A stretch of 50,601 nucleotides of DNA from Candidatus Micrarchaeota archaeon (GTDB taxonomy: Archaea > Micrarchaeota > Micrarchaeia > Micrarchaeales > CABMGC01). The notes beneath the pieces were generated by a model. It saw nothing but the letters and a program-made list of their open reading frames with translations, did no database searches and was not told where the DNA came from. Position numbers and translations under genes: made by a program. Location of the stretch: positions 1 through 50,601 of the forward strand of contig JAJZYR010000005.1 of NCBI GenBank assembly GCA_021797995.1. The letters are read 5' to 3'. Positions 19,651 to 27,817 of this stretch are shown one piece after another (the first letter of the stretch is position 1; the number at the start of each line of letters is the position of its first letter).

Positions 19651-20450
19651 TGGTGCCGAGCGAGGAGATGTGCAGGTCGATTGCGCCGAAGTCAGGCCTT
19701 CCCCTGGACTTCGTAGTGAAGGAGTTCTACCTCTTCAATCTGATGGAGGGCATTGTTGGCGGAGGCTTCTCGAAAGACCTTGTCTTCAAGGGGGGCACGG
19801 CGCTCAACACAGTCTATCTCAGCGGCCTCAGGTTCTCGGAGGATCTGGACTTTGACCTTGCAAAGGAGATTGATGACATAAAGGGATATCTTGGCATGGT
19901 CATGGGCGGAGCCGCGGGATTTGCAGGCACGGAGATGCGCAGGGTGCGCAACACCTATATGATAGACTTCATGTACGATTCGCCGTTGGGCAGGCGCGAC
20001 AGGGTGAGGCTTGACGTGAGAGTCGGCACGCAGCATCTCTCCGCAGAAAAGCCGCGCAGGATGGCAATGCGCTCAGTCGTCACGGGCCAGGTGGTCGGAA
20101 ACGTTCTTGTCTACGGATTCGAGGATCTGCTTGCGAGAAAGATGGGCGCGCTGGCGGAGAGAGAGGAGGGAAAGGACCTCTTCGACGTGTCTAATGCAAT
20201 TGGCAGGGCAGACCGGAGGAAGCTGCTTGGCGCCATTGGCTACATGCTGAAGGACCTTGCAAAGGACGCTGATATAACCGGCTTTATCGGGCGGGTGCTG
20301 GACAGGCTTGAGAACATGGACTATAACAAGGCAATGAAGCTTACGAACCCATACATACCAATAGCGAGCAGGCCGCCAAGCTGGAAGCTGCTCGGCGCGG
20401 ACCTGGCGGAGAGGATGCGCAGGCTCATGGAATCCGATAAGGGTATTTGA
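19650..20450 (+). CDS. type IV TA toxin, AbiEii nucleotidyltransferase
   Basis: VKEFYL, LVFKGGTAL, RFSEDLDF, K..AL..R.EGKDLFD. Confidence 0.9.
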   Translation: MVPSEEMCRSIAPKSGLPLDFVVKEFYLFNLMEGIVGGGFSKDLVFKGGTALNTVYLSGLRFSEDLDFDLAKEIDDIKGYLGMVMGGAAGFAGTEMRRVRNTYMIDFMYDSPLGRRDRVRLDVRVGTQHLSAEKPRRMAMRSVVTGQVVGNVLVYGFEDLLARKMGALAEREEGKDLFDVSNAIGRADRRKLLGAIGYMLKDLAKDADITGFIGRVLDRLENMDYNKAMKLTNPYIPIASRPPSWKLLGADLAERMRRLMESDKGI

Positions 20451-21206
20451 ATGGAGTTTCTCGACCGTCTGCTGAACCGGAAGCACGCCAGCTGCATAAA
20501 GGGGGAACGCGGAGGCAGTATAGAGATCTACGGGTACGGCAACGAGAAGGTCCTGAAGTTCAACGGAACCGTGTACTCGAGGGTCAGCAAGGACAGCATA
20601 TACACGCACGAGTACTGGGACTGCTTCCTTCCGCTCGCCTGCCTCTATCCCAGGCCGCGCGTGCTGATCATCGGGTTGGGGGGAGGAACTGTCGCATATC
20701 AGCTTCGCAAACTCTTCGGCGCATCAGTCACGATAGACGTTGTGGAGACTGACAGGAGCATGGTCAGGGCCATGGAAAGCTTCCTTCCTGAGAGGATAGA
20801 AGTAAAGGTAATGATAGGCGACGGAGCCGGATATGTTAAGAGCATAAAGCACAGGTACGACACGATAATCCTTGACGCCTACGTTAACGACCTTGTGCCT
20901 GAACAGTTCCTCACGCAGGAGTTCATTGACAGCACATACGATGCGCTGGGCCCTGCAGGGACCTTTGCAATAAACTACATCAACTCATCGAACGGGCAGG
21001 AGAGGCTCGAGGGCTACATAGCGCTCCTGAAGGCGAGGTTCAGGGTCTTCGAGGTGGCTCCCAACTCCTTTACCTCGAATGTGGTGCTCGTCTGCTCCAA
21101 GGTATTCGGGAAGGAGGAGATGCTCGAGCGGATAAGGGCGGCAATGCCGAGGGACGGGAAAAACCTCTTCCTGCTCGAGAGCTACGAAGGCATGAAGGAA
21201 GCATAA
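20451..21206 (+). CDS. spermidine synthase-like class I SAM-fold protein
   Basis: VLIIGLGGG, IDVVE, GDG, YDTIILDAY, FLTQEF. Confidence 0.8.
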   Translation: MEFLDRLLNRKHASCIKGERGGSIEIYGYGNEKVLKFNGTVYSRVSKDSIYTHEYWDCFLPLACLYPRPRVLIIGLGGGTVAYQLRKLFGASVTIDVVETDRSMVRAMESFLPERIEVKVMIGDGAGYVKSIKHRYDTIILDAYVNDLVPEQFLTQEFIDSTYDALGPAGTFAINYINSSNGQERLEGYIALLKARFRVFEVAPNSFTSNVVLVCSKVFGKEEMLERIRAAMPRDGKNLFLLESYEGMKEA

Positions 21207-21216
21207 TAGCCTGGCT

Positions 21217-21633
21217 TTATTCGGGCTGCTGGAACTGAGGCATCTTGACTCCATATGTTTCGCACTCGCCCTTTAGATTCCCGTCAAATGTCAACAGCGG
21301 CAGATCCTTCTTCTTTGCAAATGATAGTATGAGTTTGTCGTTGAATCTTTTGAATGTGGTGTTCCCCTCATGCATGATTGCATCTTTTGCTTGCATGATT
21401 TCGTCTTCGCCTACGCCGAGGATTTCGTAGGAGTTCAAGACCTCCCTTATCTCCTGCTCGATTGTCTTCTTGTCCAGACCCATCCTATTCAGTACGTACA
21501 CAAGCTCCTCTAATACGACGCTTGGCAAGACGCCATTGTCAATTCTTTCAAGATACTCCTTGGCTTTCTCATGCATCTCAGAGCCTTTTATTATATAATC
21601 CACCAGTACGTTTGTGTCTATCACGCACTCCAT
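21217..21633 (-). CDS. vapC: PIN-domain toxin (VapC)
   Basis: VIDTNVLV, VLEEL, FNDKLI, LLTFD. Confidence 0.88.
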   Translation of the reverse strand: MECVIDTNVLVDYIIKGSEMHEKAKEYLERIDNGVLPSVVLEELVYVLNRMGLDKKTIEQEIREVLNSYEILGVGEDEIMQAKDAIMHEGNTTFKRFNDKLILSFAKKKDLPLLTFDGNLKGECETYGVKMPQFQQPE

Positions 21634-21869
21634 TTTACCGCCTCTGAAAAACCCTCGTCTATTGCATCTTCTATCTCCTTCTCTGTTACCTGCCTGCCCA
21701 AGTCTATGATCTTAAGGGTCACTTTCTTCCGTGGCGCCTTCGCCTTGCTGGCCTTGAGCCTTTTGTTTATAAGCAGGGATAGTTTTCTGGTACTGCCATA
21801 CTCCTTTACTGACTCTGCCACAAGCTCCTGATACAGTTTGTCTTCTAGCATTATCGTTGTCTTTACCAT
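21621..21869 (-). CDS. vapB: VapB-type antitoxin
   Basis: MVKTTIMLEDKLY RHH-like start; overlaps vapC. Confidence 0.75.
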   Translation of the reverse strand: MVKTTIMLEDKLYQELVAESVKEYGSTRKLSLLINKRLKASKAKAPRKKVTLKIIDLGRQVTEKEIEDAIDEGFSEAVKWSA

Positions 21870-21933
21870 GGCCTTATATGTTATCTAGACATATATAAAC
21901 TTTATGTTTAGATGGCGTATATTGGCCTAACAC

Positions 21934-22209
21934 TTATTCGAGCCTCTTTATTATGTGGTAGCCGAACTGAGTCTTCACTATGCCCGATACCTGGCCCTTC
22001 TGGAGGGAGAATGCGGCCTTCTCGAACTCCCTTACCATCACGCCATGGCCGAACTGGCCCAGGTCGCCGCCCCTCCTCGCCGATCCGTCAATCGAGTACT
22101 GCTGCGCCAGGTTCGAGAACTTCTCCCCCCTGCCCAGCCTGTCCAGGATCTCCTTAGCCTGCGATTCGCTCTTTACCAGTATGTGCGCACACCTTATCTT
22201 GTCTGCCAT
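21934..22209 (-). CDS. ppiC: parvulin-type peptidyl-prolyl isomerase
   Basis: CAHILVK, GGDLG.F, MVREFEKAAF, VKTQFGYHII. Confidence 0.93.
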   Translation of the reverse strand: MADKIRCAHILVKSESQAKEILDRLGRGEKFSNLAQQYSIDGSARRGGDLGQFGHGVMVREFEKAAFSLQKGQVSGIVKTQFGYHIIKRLE

Positions 22210-22242
22210 GTTCTTACCTCCCTATCCCTTACCGTAGAAGGC

Positions 22243-22761
22243 TTACTTATGCCTCTTTTGCCTTCTCCTTGAGCCCCGCGTGCTCCGCCTCCAATCCAGT
22301 TTACGGACACCTGGAAACGATGCCTTCCCTTCCCGCGATTCCCGCGGCTTGCGCCCGGCTCCCCTTTCGTATGCGTATATGGAGAGCAGGAAGAGGGCTA
22401 TGACAAGTATGTGGACCGAGGTGCAGTATATGCAGATGGCCCTTAGCGAGTATTCGGCGAAGAGGAGGTACGCAACGAACGCGACCCCTATGCCGTTGTA
22501 CAGCACGTTGGCGTCCCTGCCTGCATAGAGTACAACGAGCATCTCGATTATGAAGAATGCGGCGCCCCATGCTCCCAGCGGCACTCCGAGAAGGTTGGCG
22601 AACTGGCTATTGAGGACCTTTGCACAGTCTATTATGCCAGACTTGGGGCATGCTACCGGCGTGTTCGTGTAGTGCGCAACGACAAGGTACAGCGACACTG
22701 CCAGCCCAAGAACGGAGAGGATGAGCGCGGCCTTCGCGAACTTCCCGGTATTCATGGTCAT
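22243..22761 (-). CDS. vitamin K epoxide reductase (VKOR) family protein
   Basis: C..SG.IDC.KVL.S loop cysteines, CIYC, four TM segments. Confidence 0.88.
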   Translation of the reverse strand: MTMNTGKFAKAALILSVLGLAVSLYLVVAHYTNTPVACPKSGIIDCAKVLNSQFANLLGVPLGAWGAAFFIIEMLVVLYAGRDANVLYNGIGVAFVAYLLFAEYSLRAICIYCTSVHILVIALFLLSIYAYERGAGRKPRESREGKASFPGVRKLDWRRSTRGSRRRQKRHK

Positions 22762-23573
22762 GCCTTTTCAAGTGCAGCCACATACGGCTGGCCGCACACG
22801 CTCTGCGGCGTGTTATTGGTAGCTTTGCATATCTGCGCGGTGAAGAGGTTTGCTGCAGCCACTATCGACTTTGCCTGTAGGGACTGGGGATTAGACAGTT
22901 CCGACGCGGTGCTGTTCCACGTCGCGCCTGCGAAGACCACCCCTGGATTGTAGTTCGCGCCCACCTGCACCGAGATATTGGCTATGTCTATGAAGGGTAT
23001 GGCCCCGCTGGGATTGAGTGTAGACATGGTGCTGTTCTGCGAGGCGTTTGGGGTCTGCAGCTGCGTGTACGGGGGCCCGTTGTTAGTAGTAAGCTCTACC
23101 GGTACGAAGCGTATATAGCTGCTTGTATAGGTCGAGTTGTAGAACGTGAATGTTGGCGTGTTCGGATACACGTCATTGGAGCCCGAGGTCATGTACCTCA
23201 AGCCGGTGAAGGTGCCGAACCTCTTCAGGGCAATAACCATCGCCCACCTCTCGGCAGCACAGAACGGGCAGTACTCTGCGCCTATGTACAGGACGATTGG
23301 CTTCCCTGAGGACGTATACATAGGAGGGGACTTAACCGCCGTGTTTGTCATGTTGGTTATGATCCCCTGCTCTTCGGACTGAGTGGCGTTTACCGCATTG
23401 CTCACGTTGTTCGGCACGCTGAGCTGCGCGAGCAGGTACTGTGGAACTATCTTGTTGTCGTACGCGACAAGCGCGGCGGAACTGGACGATCCTGACTCGC
23501 TGAGGAGTATCAGGATTGCCGCCACCGCGATTATTATAATGGCAGCCAGTAAGTATAATATCTTCTTTTGCAT
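22758..23573 (-). CDS. DUF929 thioredoxin-like membrane-anchored protein
   Basis: [21 protein letters not shown] cis-Pro-like motif; N-terminal TM; coupled to VKOR. Confidence 0.8.
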   Translation of the reverse strand: MQKKILYLLAAIIIIAVAAILILLSESGSSSSAALVAYDNKIVPQYLLAQLSVPNNVSNAVNATQSEEQGIITNMTNTAVKSPPMYTSSGKPIVLYIGAEYCPFCAAERWAMVIALKRFGTFTGLRYMTSGSNDVYPNTPTFTFYNSTYTSSYIRFVPVELTTNNGPPYTQLQTPNASQNSTMSTLNPSGAIPFIDIANISVQVGANYNPGVVFAGATWNSTASELSNPQSLQAKSIVAAANLFTAQICKATNNTPQSVCGQPYVAALEKA

Positions 23574-23682
23574 GAGAAATCCGTTTTGGAATTGGTCGAA
23601 AAAGCTTATATATGTTGGTCATCGCCATGCAGGGATTGTAGAAGAATGCCTATGTGTTTCGCAGGATGCCCAGGCCGCGCGG

Positions 23683-25272
23683 TTACCGGCCCAGAAGCCT
23701 CTGGTTTTCCGGCCCCGGACCCCTTCTTTCAGATAGGCTCAGGTCGATGCTCCTGAGCGTGTTGAGCATCTTGAGCTCGCGCTGCCTTGAGACGTGCAGG
23801 TATACCTGGTCTTTCGTGCCCCTTGCCACGAGCATGTATACCTCGCCAGCGGCGAACCTGCCGGTCCTCCCCCTCCTCTGTATGTTCCTTATCTCGTTCG
23901 GTATGGACTCGTAGAAAAGCACGAGGTCGACGCCGGGTATGTCGATGCCTTCCTCGCCTATCGAGCTTGCCACCAGGATAGCGAACTTTCCGTCCCTGAA
24001 GTCCTGTATCGTCTGCTTCTGCTGCTCCTGCGTCACGCCCTCGCGCTTCCCTATGAACGGCCTTGCCGGCAGGCTGTTGTTGTTCAGGTACTCGACCAGC
24101 ATCTTTACCGTGGTCCTGTACTGCGCGAAGATTATTGCCCTGCCGCCCTTGTAGTCCTTCAGTATGTCGAACATCGCAGTGACCTTCGGATGCTCCTCCC
24201 CGTTTTCCAGCGCTTTGCGGGCCTCCTGCCTGAGGGCGATGATGCCCTGGCTTTTGAGCAGCGCCTCGAGGCCGCGGCTCTTCTCCGGCCGCTCGTAAAG
24301 GCCCTCGAGGTACCTTGAGAGAGGGTATATGCCCTCCACAAGGAGGAGGTCATACATGTGAGTCAGGTTCAGCAGCTTTGTGTAACTGAACAGCGCGGCG
24401 AACTTGTAGCTCTGCGAGCTCATCCTGCCTATCTGGTTTCCCAGCTCTATCAGCCTGCCTTTTGGTATGCTGTCGAAGTTGCGGAAATTGAAGAGGCCGA
24501 GCTTGTGGAGCCCGTCAAGGCTGCGGTTTATCTCGGGCACGAGCAGATCCGACATCGCGCGTATCCTGTCGCTCAGGTCGACCATTACAACATGCACATT
24601 GTGCGGCATCACGTACTTTACGACGTCGAGGTCCGTGGAGACCCTTACCTCTATGTTGCTTATGCCCAGAGTCTTGACGAGCGCGGTTATTCTCTCCTTC
24701 TTCCCCCCAGGCGAGGCCGTGAGGCCGACAACGAGTATGCCCCTTGTATGGCATTCGTTGGCGAGATAAGTGTATGCATACCTTCCTACCGCCCTGTGGC
24801 ACTCGTCAAAGACAACGGCGCCGAACTCGTCAAGGCTGAGGAGCCCCTTCTTCAGGTCATTGGCGACCGTCTGCGGCGTTGCGACTATCACCCTTGCCGC
24901 GGCCTCGGCCTCCCTGCGCCTCGCCCTGCCCAGCGCCCCGGTAAGCAGGAGCATGCCCCCGCCGCCTATGGACAGCATGCCTTTAAGTGTGCCGTAATGC
25001 TGCTCGGCAAGCGGTTTTGTCGGTGCAAGGAAGAGGGCTTTCCTTCCCCTTGCGAGCGCATCTGCCATCACCCCGGCACCTATCAGCGTCTTCCCGAGGC
25101 CGGTTGGCAGCACTACAAGCGTATTGCCGTGCGCGAGCACCGACCGGATTATGCTGCACTGGTACTCCCTGAAGCCGATGCTGCCGAGGTTCATGAGCGC
25201 GGCCCCCTTGCCAATGGCAAACCACCTCCCGTCAACAGGCATCGACGCTGCCCCCTCCAACGAATCAACCAC
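23683..25272 (-). CDS. hef: Hef/FANCM-like SF2 helicase, helicase domain only
   Basis: REYQ, LPTGLGKT, DECHRA, LTASPG, EEGIDIP, IQRRGRTGR. Confidence 0.9.
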   Translation of the reverse strand: MVDSLEGAASMPVDGRWFAIGKGAALMNLGSIGFREYQCSIIRSVLAHGNTLVVLPTGLGKTLIGAGVMADALARGRKALFLAPTKPLAEQHYGTLKGMLSIGGGGMLLLTGALGRARRREAEAAARVIVATPQTVANDLKKGLLSLDEFGAVVFDECHRAVGRYAYTYLANECHTRGILVVGLTASPGGKKERITALVKTLGISNIEVRVSTDLDVVKYVMPHNVHVVMVDLSDRIRAMSDLLVPEINRSLDGLHKLGLFNFRNFDSIPKGRLIELGNQIGRMSSQSYKFAALFSYTKLLNLTHMYDLLLVEGIYPLSRYLEGLYERPEKSRGLEALLKSQGIIALRQEARKALENGEEHPKVTAMFDILKDYKGGRAIIFAQYRTTVKMLVEYLNNNSLPARPFIGKREGVTQEQQKQTIQDFRDGKFAILVASSIGEEGIDIPGVDLVLFYESIPNEIRNIQRRGRTGRFAAGEVYMLVARGTKDQVYLHVSRQRELKMLNTLRSIDLSLSERRGPGPENQRLLGR

Positions 25273-25407
25273 ATAGATAATGTGCCAACAGATAATAAAC
25301 TATGGCAGCCACGAAGCCCGCGCGCAGGATCCGGGGGTGCGGCGCCCGCAGCCCTCTCCCCTACGCCTCGTTTTATATGCCTTTTCTGGGCTCTATTACC
25401 GGATAGA

Positions 25408-26301
25408 ATGCATGCTTCAAGGCTCCAGAGCGCAATGGAGTATCTGATGACGTATGGATGGGCTATACTGCTCATCGTGATTGTGTTGGCTGTGCTCTAT
25501 GAGCTGGGTATCTTCAGTCCGTTCACCTTCGCGTCGAAGGCCCCGCCAGGGTCGTGCCAGGTATACAGGCCTTACGGCCCGAATACCACGGATTACATAA
25601 ATACAGAAGGACCCTGCAACGGCCAGATACCGGAATTTGTCGCGCGGTTCAACGGCGTGAGCAGTTACGCCTCGGTCTCGCAGAACGGCGTTGCCACTCC
25701 TGCACTGAGCCCGAACTCGGTTACGGTGTCGGAATGGATATACGCCTTGCCGTTCGCCTCAGGGCAGGTGACTGAATACATGGCCGCGAAGGTAGGAAGC
25801 TGGCAGGCGGCGATCCTCTCGTCGTCGCAGGATTCGTATACGTACAACGCGGTCTTCTATTACGCGGGCGGCCCGCAGTCACCGGTGACCAGCAGGACCC
25901 TGTACACCGGAACGTGGTATAATATCGCCTTTGAGTACAATGCGACTTCTGGGGTGGAAAGAATATTCGTAAACGGGACGGTGTCTGCTGCAACCACACT
26001 GACGCCCAATACGCCCATCGAGGCCGGCAACGGCATCGCCGCCTTCGGCGGATCGGAATCTGGGTTCTCCTTCGATGGCTATGTATCAAATATCCAGGTG
26101 TACAACACCTCGCTCGACACAAACTCGGTAAAGGCGCTTTATATAGCTGGCATAGGCAGCGACCCGATAGACTTACAGCACATTGCCGGATGGTGGCCTA
26201 TGAACGGGAACCTGAACGATTACTCGGGGCAGGGACTGAACGCGACAGGAACTGCGATAGCGTATACAGGGACATGGTATAACTCTTACACCGCACCGTA
26301 A
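25408..26301 (+). CDS. LamG-like jellyroll surface protein with class III (pilin-like) signal peptide
   Basis: RLQSAMEYLMTYGWAILLIVIV; WYNIAF, FVNG, GYVSNIQVYN; true start 25408, the longer ORF is antisense overlap with hef. Confidence 0.8.
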   Translation: MHASRLQSAMEYLMTYGWAILLIVIVLAVLYELGIFSPFTFASKAPPGSCQVYRPYGPNTTDYINTEGPCNGQIPEFVARFNGVSSYASVSQNGVATPALSPNSVTVSEWIYALPFASGQVTEYMAAKVGSWQAAILSSSQDSYTYNAVFYYAGGPQSPVTSRTLYTGTWYNIAFEYNATSGVERIFVNGTVSAATTLTPNTPIEAGNGIAAFGGSESGFSFDGYVSNIQVYNTSLDTNSVKALYIAGIGSDPIDLQHIAGWWPMNGNLNDYSGQGLNATGTAIAYTGTWYNSYTAP

Positions 26302-26320
26302 TGGCCGCGCCGGATCCGCC

Positions 26321-26417
26321 GGCAGCTGCCATACTGATTTCTCAGACCTATGGGTGCCGTCCTCCCGCCGGAAGTGAGCCATCAGAAGAGGGCTCGGGGG
26401 TTCCCGCCAGCTTGCCA
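26321..26417. ncRNA. candidate structured ncRNA of about 97 nt
   Basis: On minus: terminal helix GGCAAGCUG/CAGCUGCC, hairpin GAGCC-10nt-GGCUC, hairpin CCAUA-CUGA-GAAA-UCAG-UAUGG; TATA-like box about 25 nt upstream on minus. Confidence 0.35.
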
Positions 26418-26470
26418 AAACGGAAAGAGTACGGAAAGAGTATTAAACTCGTTATCCGATTATTCCTGTA

Positions 26471-27808
26471 GTGCAGTCCATGTACGGCGCAGAGACATCA
26501 AAAAGGCTCGATGAAGCAGGGATAGGGCCAGGTGACAGGATAAGGGTCGCAAAAAAAGGCAAGGTGTATGAAGGCGTACTTATGCCGAGGCCTGAGATCG
26601 GCAACGGGAACATACTGATAATCAAGCAGGATGACGGGTATAACATAGGCGTAAATGCAGACGGTGCAGGCATAGAGAAGCTTCGGGGCAAGGCAGAGGG
26701 GATGGTCTTCCCAAAGGCGCAGATGCGCCAAGGGTCCTCGCTTCCAAAGGTGCGCCTTGTGTACACAGGGGGGACAATAGGCGCAAAGATAGACTACAAG
26801 ACGGGAGGGGTGTATATGCTCACGAAGCCCGAGGAACTCCTCTATGAGGTCCCGGAGCTGTCGGACATCGCTGAGATAAGCGTTTCGCAGACCTCAAGCA
26901 TAGCGAGCGAGGACATGTCATCCGACGAGTGGGCCGCAATCGCAAATGAGGTGTCGAGGTCGATCAATAACGGGGCCAGAGGGGTTATAGTCACGCTGGG
27001 CACAGACTCGATGCACTACGCGTCGGCGGCGCTGAGCTTCATGCTCAGGGACCTCAATGCCCCGGTAGTCCTTACCGGCGCGCAGAGGAGCCCGGACAGG
27101 GGTTCAAGCGATGCCTTCCAGAACCTCATATGCTCAGCGCACCTGGCGGCCAAATCCGACATGGCGGAGGTAGGGATATGCATGCACGATTCGAGCTCTG
27201 ACGGCAGGTGCGCGTTCCTCAGAGGCACAAAGGCAAGGAAGATGCACACTTCAAGGAGGGATGCATTCAGGCCGATAAACGCGAAGCCGATTGCGTTCGT
27301 GGATGCCGACGGAACCATGGCTTACGTCAGCAGTTATAAAAAAGCGGACTGGAAAGGGAAGGTTACGCCGCTGACCGGATTCGAAAGGAAGGTTGCATTT
27401 GTGAAGGCGTTTCCGAATTCGGATCCTGATATAATAGACTATTATGCGGGAAGGGGATACAGGGGCATCGTGATAGAGGGCATGGGCCTTGGACACACGC
27501 CTGCATCAACGGTAAAAAAGGAGCTGTCATGGATACCGCATGTAAGGAGCGCAACTGACAGCGGCATTGTCATAGGGATAACCTCCCAGTGCATCTACGG
27601 CAGAGTCAATCCGAACGTATATAGGAACCTCAGGCTTCTGCACAACGCCGGAGCCATACATTGCGAGGATATGCTTCCCGAGACTGCTTATGTAAAGCTC
27701 GGCTGGCTATTGGGCAACTACAAGCCTGAAGAGGCGAGGGCTATGCTCTCACGGAACCTTGCCGGGGAGATAAGCAGGAGGACCACGTACAACGAGTTTC
27801 TCATATAG
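26471..27808 (+). CDS. gatD: Glu-tRNA(Gln) amidotransferase subunit D
   Basis: GYNIGV, TGGTI, GTDSM, GAQRSPDRGSSD, RKMHTSRRDAF. Confidence 0.95.
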   Translation: MQSMYGAETSKRLDEAGIGPGDRIRVAKKGKVYEGVLMPRPEIGNGNILIIKQDDGYNIGVNADGAGIEKLRGKAEGMVFPKAQMRQGSSLPKVRLVYTGGTIGAKIDYKTGGVYMLTKPEELLYEVPELSDIAEISVSQTSSIASEDMSSDEWAAIANEVSRSINNGARGVIVTLGTDSMHYASAALSFMLRDLNAPVVLTGAQRSPDRGSSDAFQNLICSAHLAAKSDMAEVGICMHDSSSDGRCAFLRGTKARKMHTSRRDAFRPINAKPIAFVDADGTMAYVSSYKKADWKGKVTPLTGFERKVAFVKAFPNSDPDIIDYYAGRGYRGIVIEGMGLGHTPASTVKKELSWIPHVRSATDSGIVIGITSQCIYGRVNPNVYRNLRLLHNAGAIHCEDMLPETAYVKLGWLLGNYKPEEARAMLSRNLAGEISRRTTYNEFLI

Positions 27809-27817
27809 GGTGTTATA

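Noticed and set aside
16992-20627. DGR template/variable repeats or a CRISPR array as the explanation for the three repeats
   Set aside because: Several differences are A-to-G, but many involve other bases; no reverse transcriptase or cas gene is present; the repeats are gene starts separated by kb-sized modules.
24358-25407. N-terminal 350 aa of the 647-aa plus-strand ORF
   Set aside because: Antisense shadow of hef; the signal peptide places the real start at 25408.
26321-26417. TPP riboswitch, SRP RNA or HDV-like ribozyme
   Set aside because: Only isolated words match (CTGAGA, CCGGAAG, TCCTCCC); motif order and helices do not fit.
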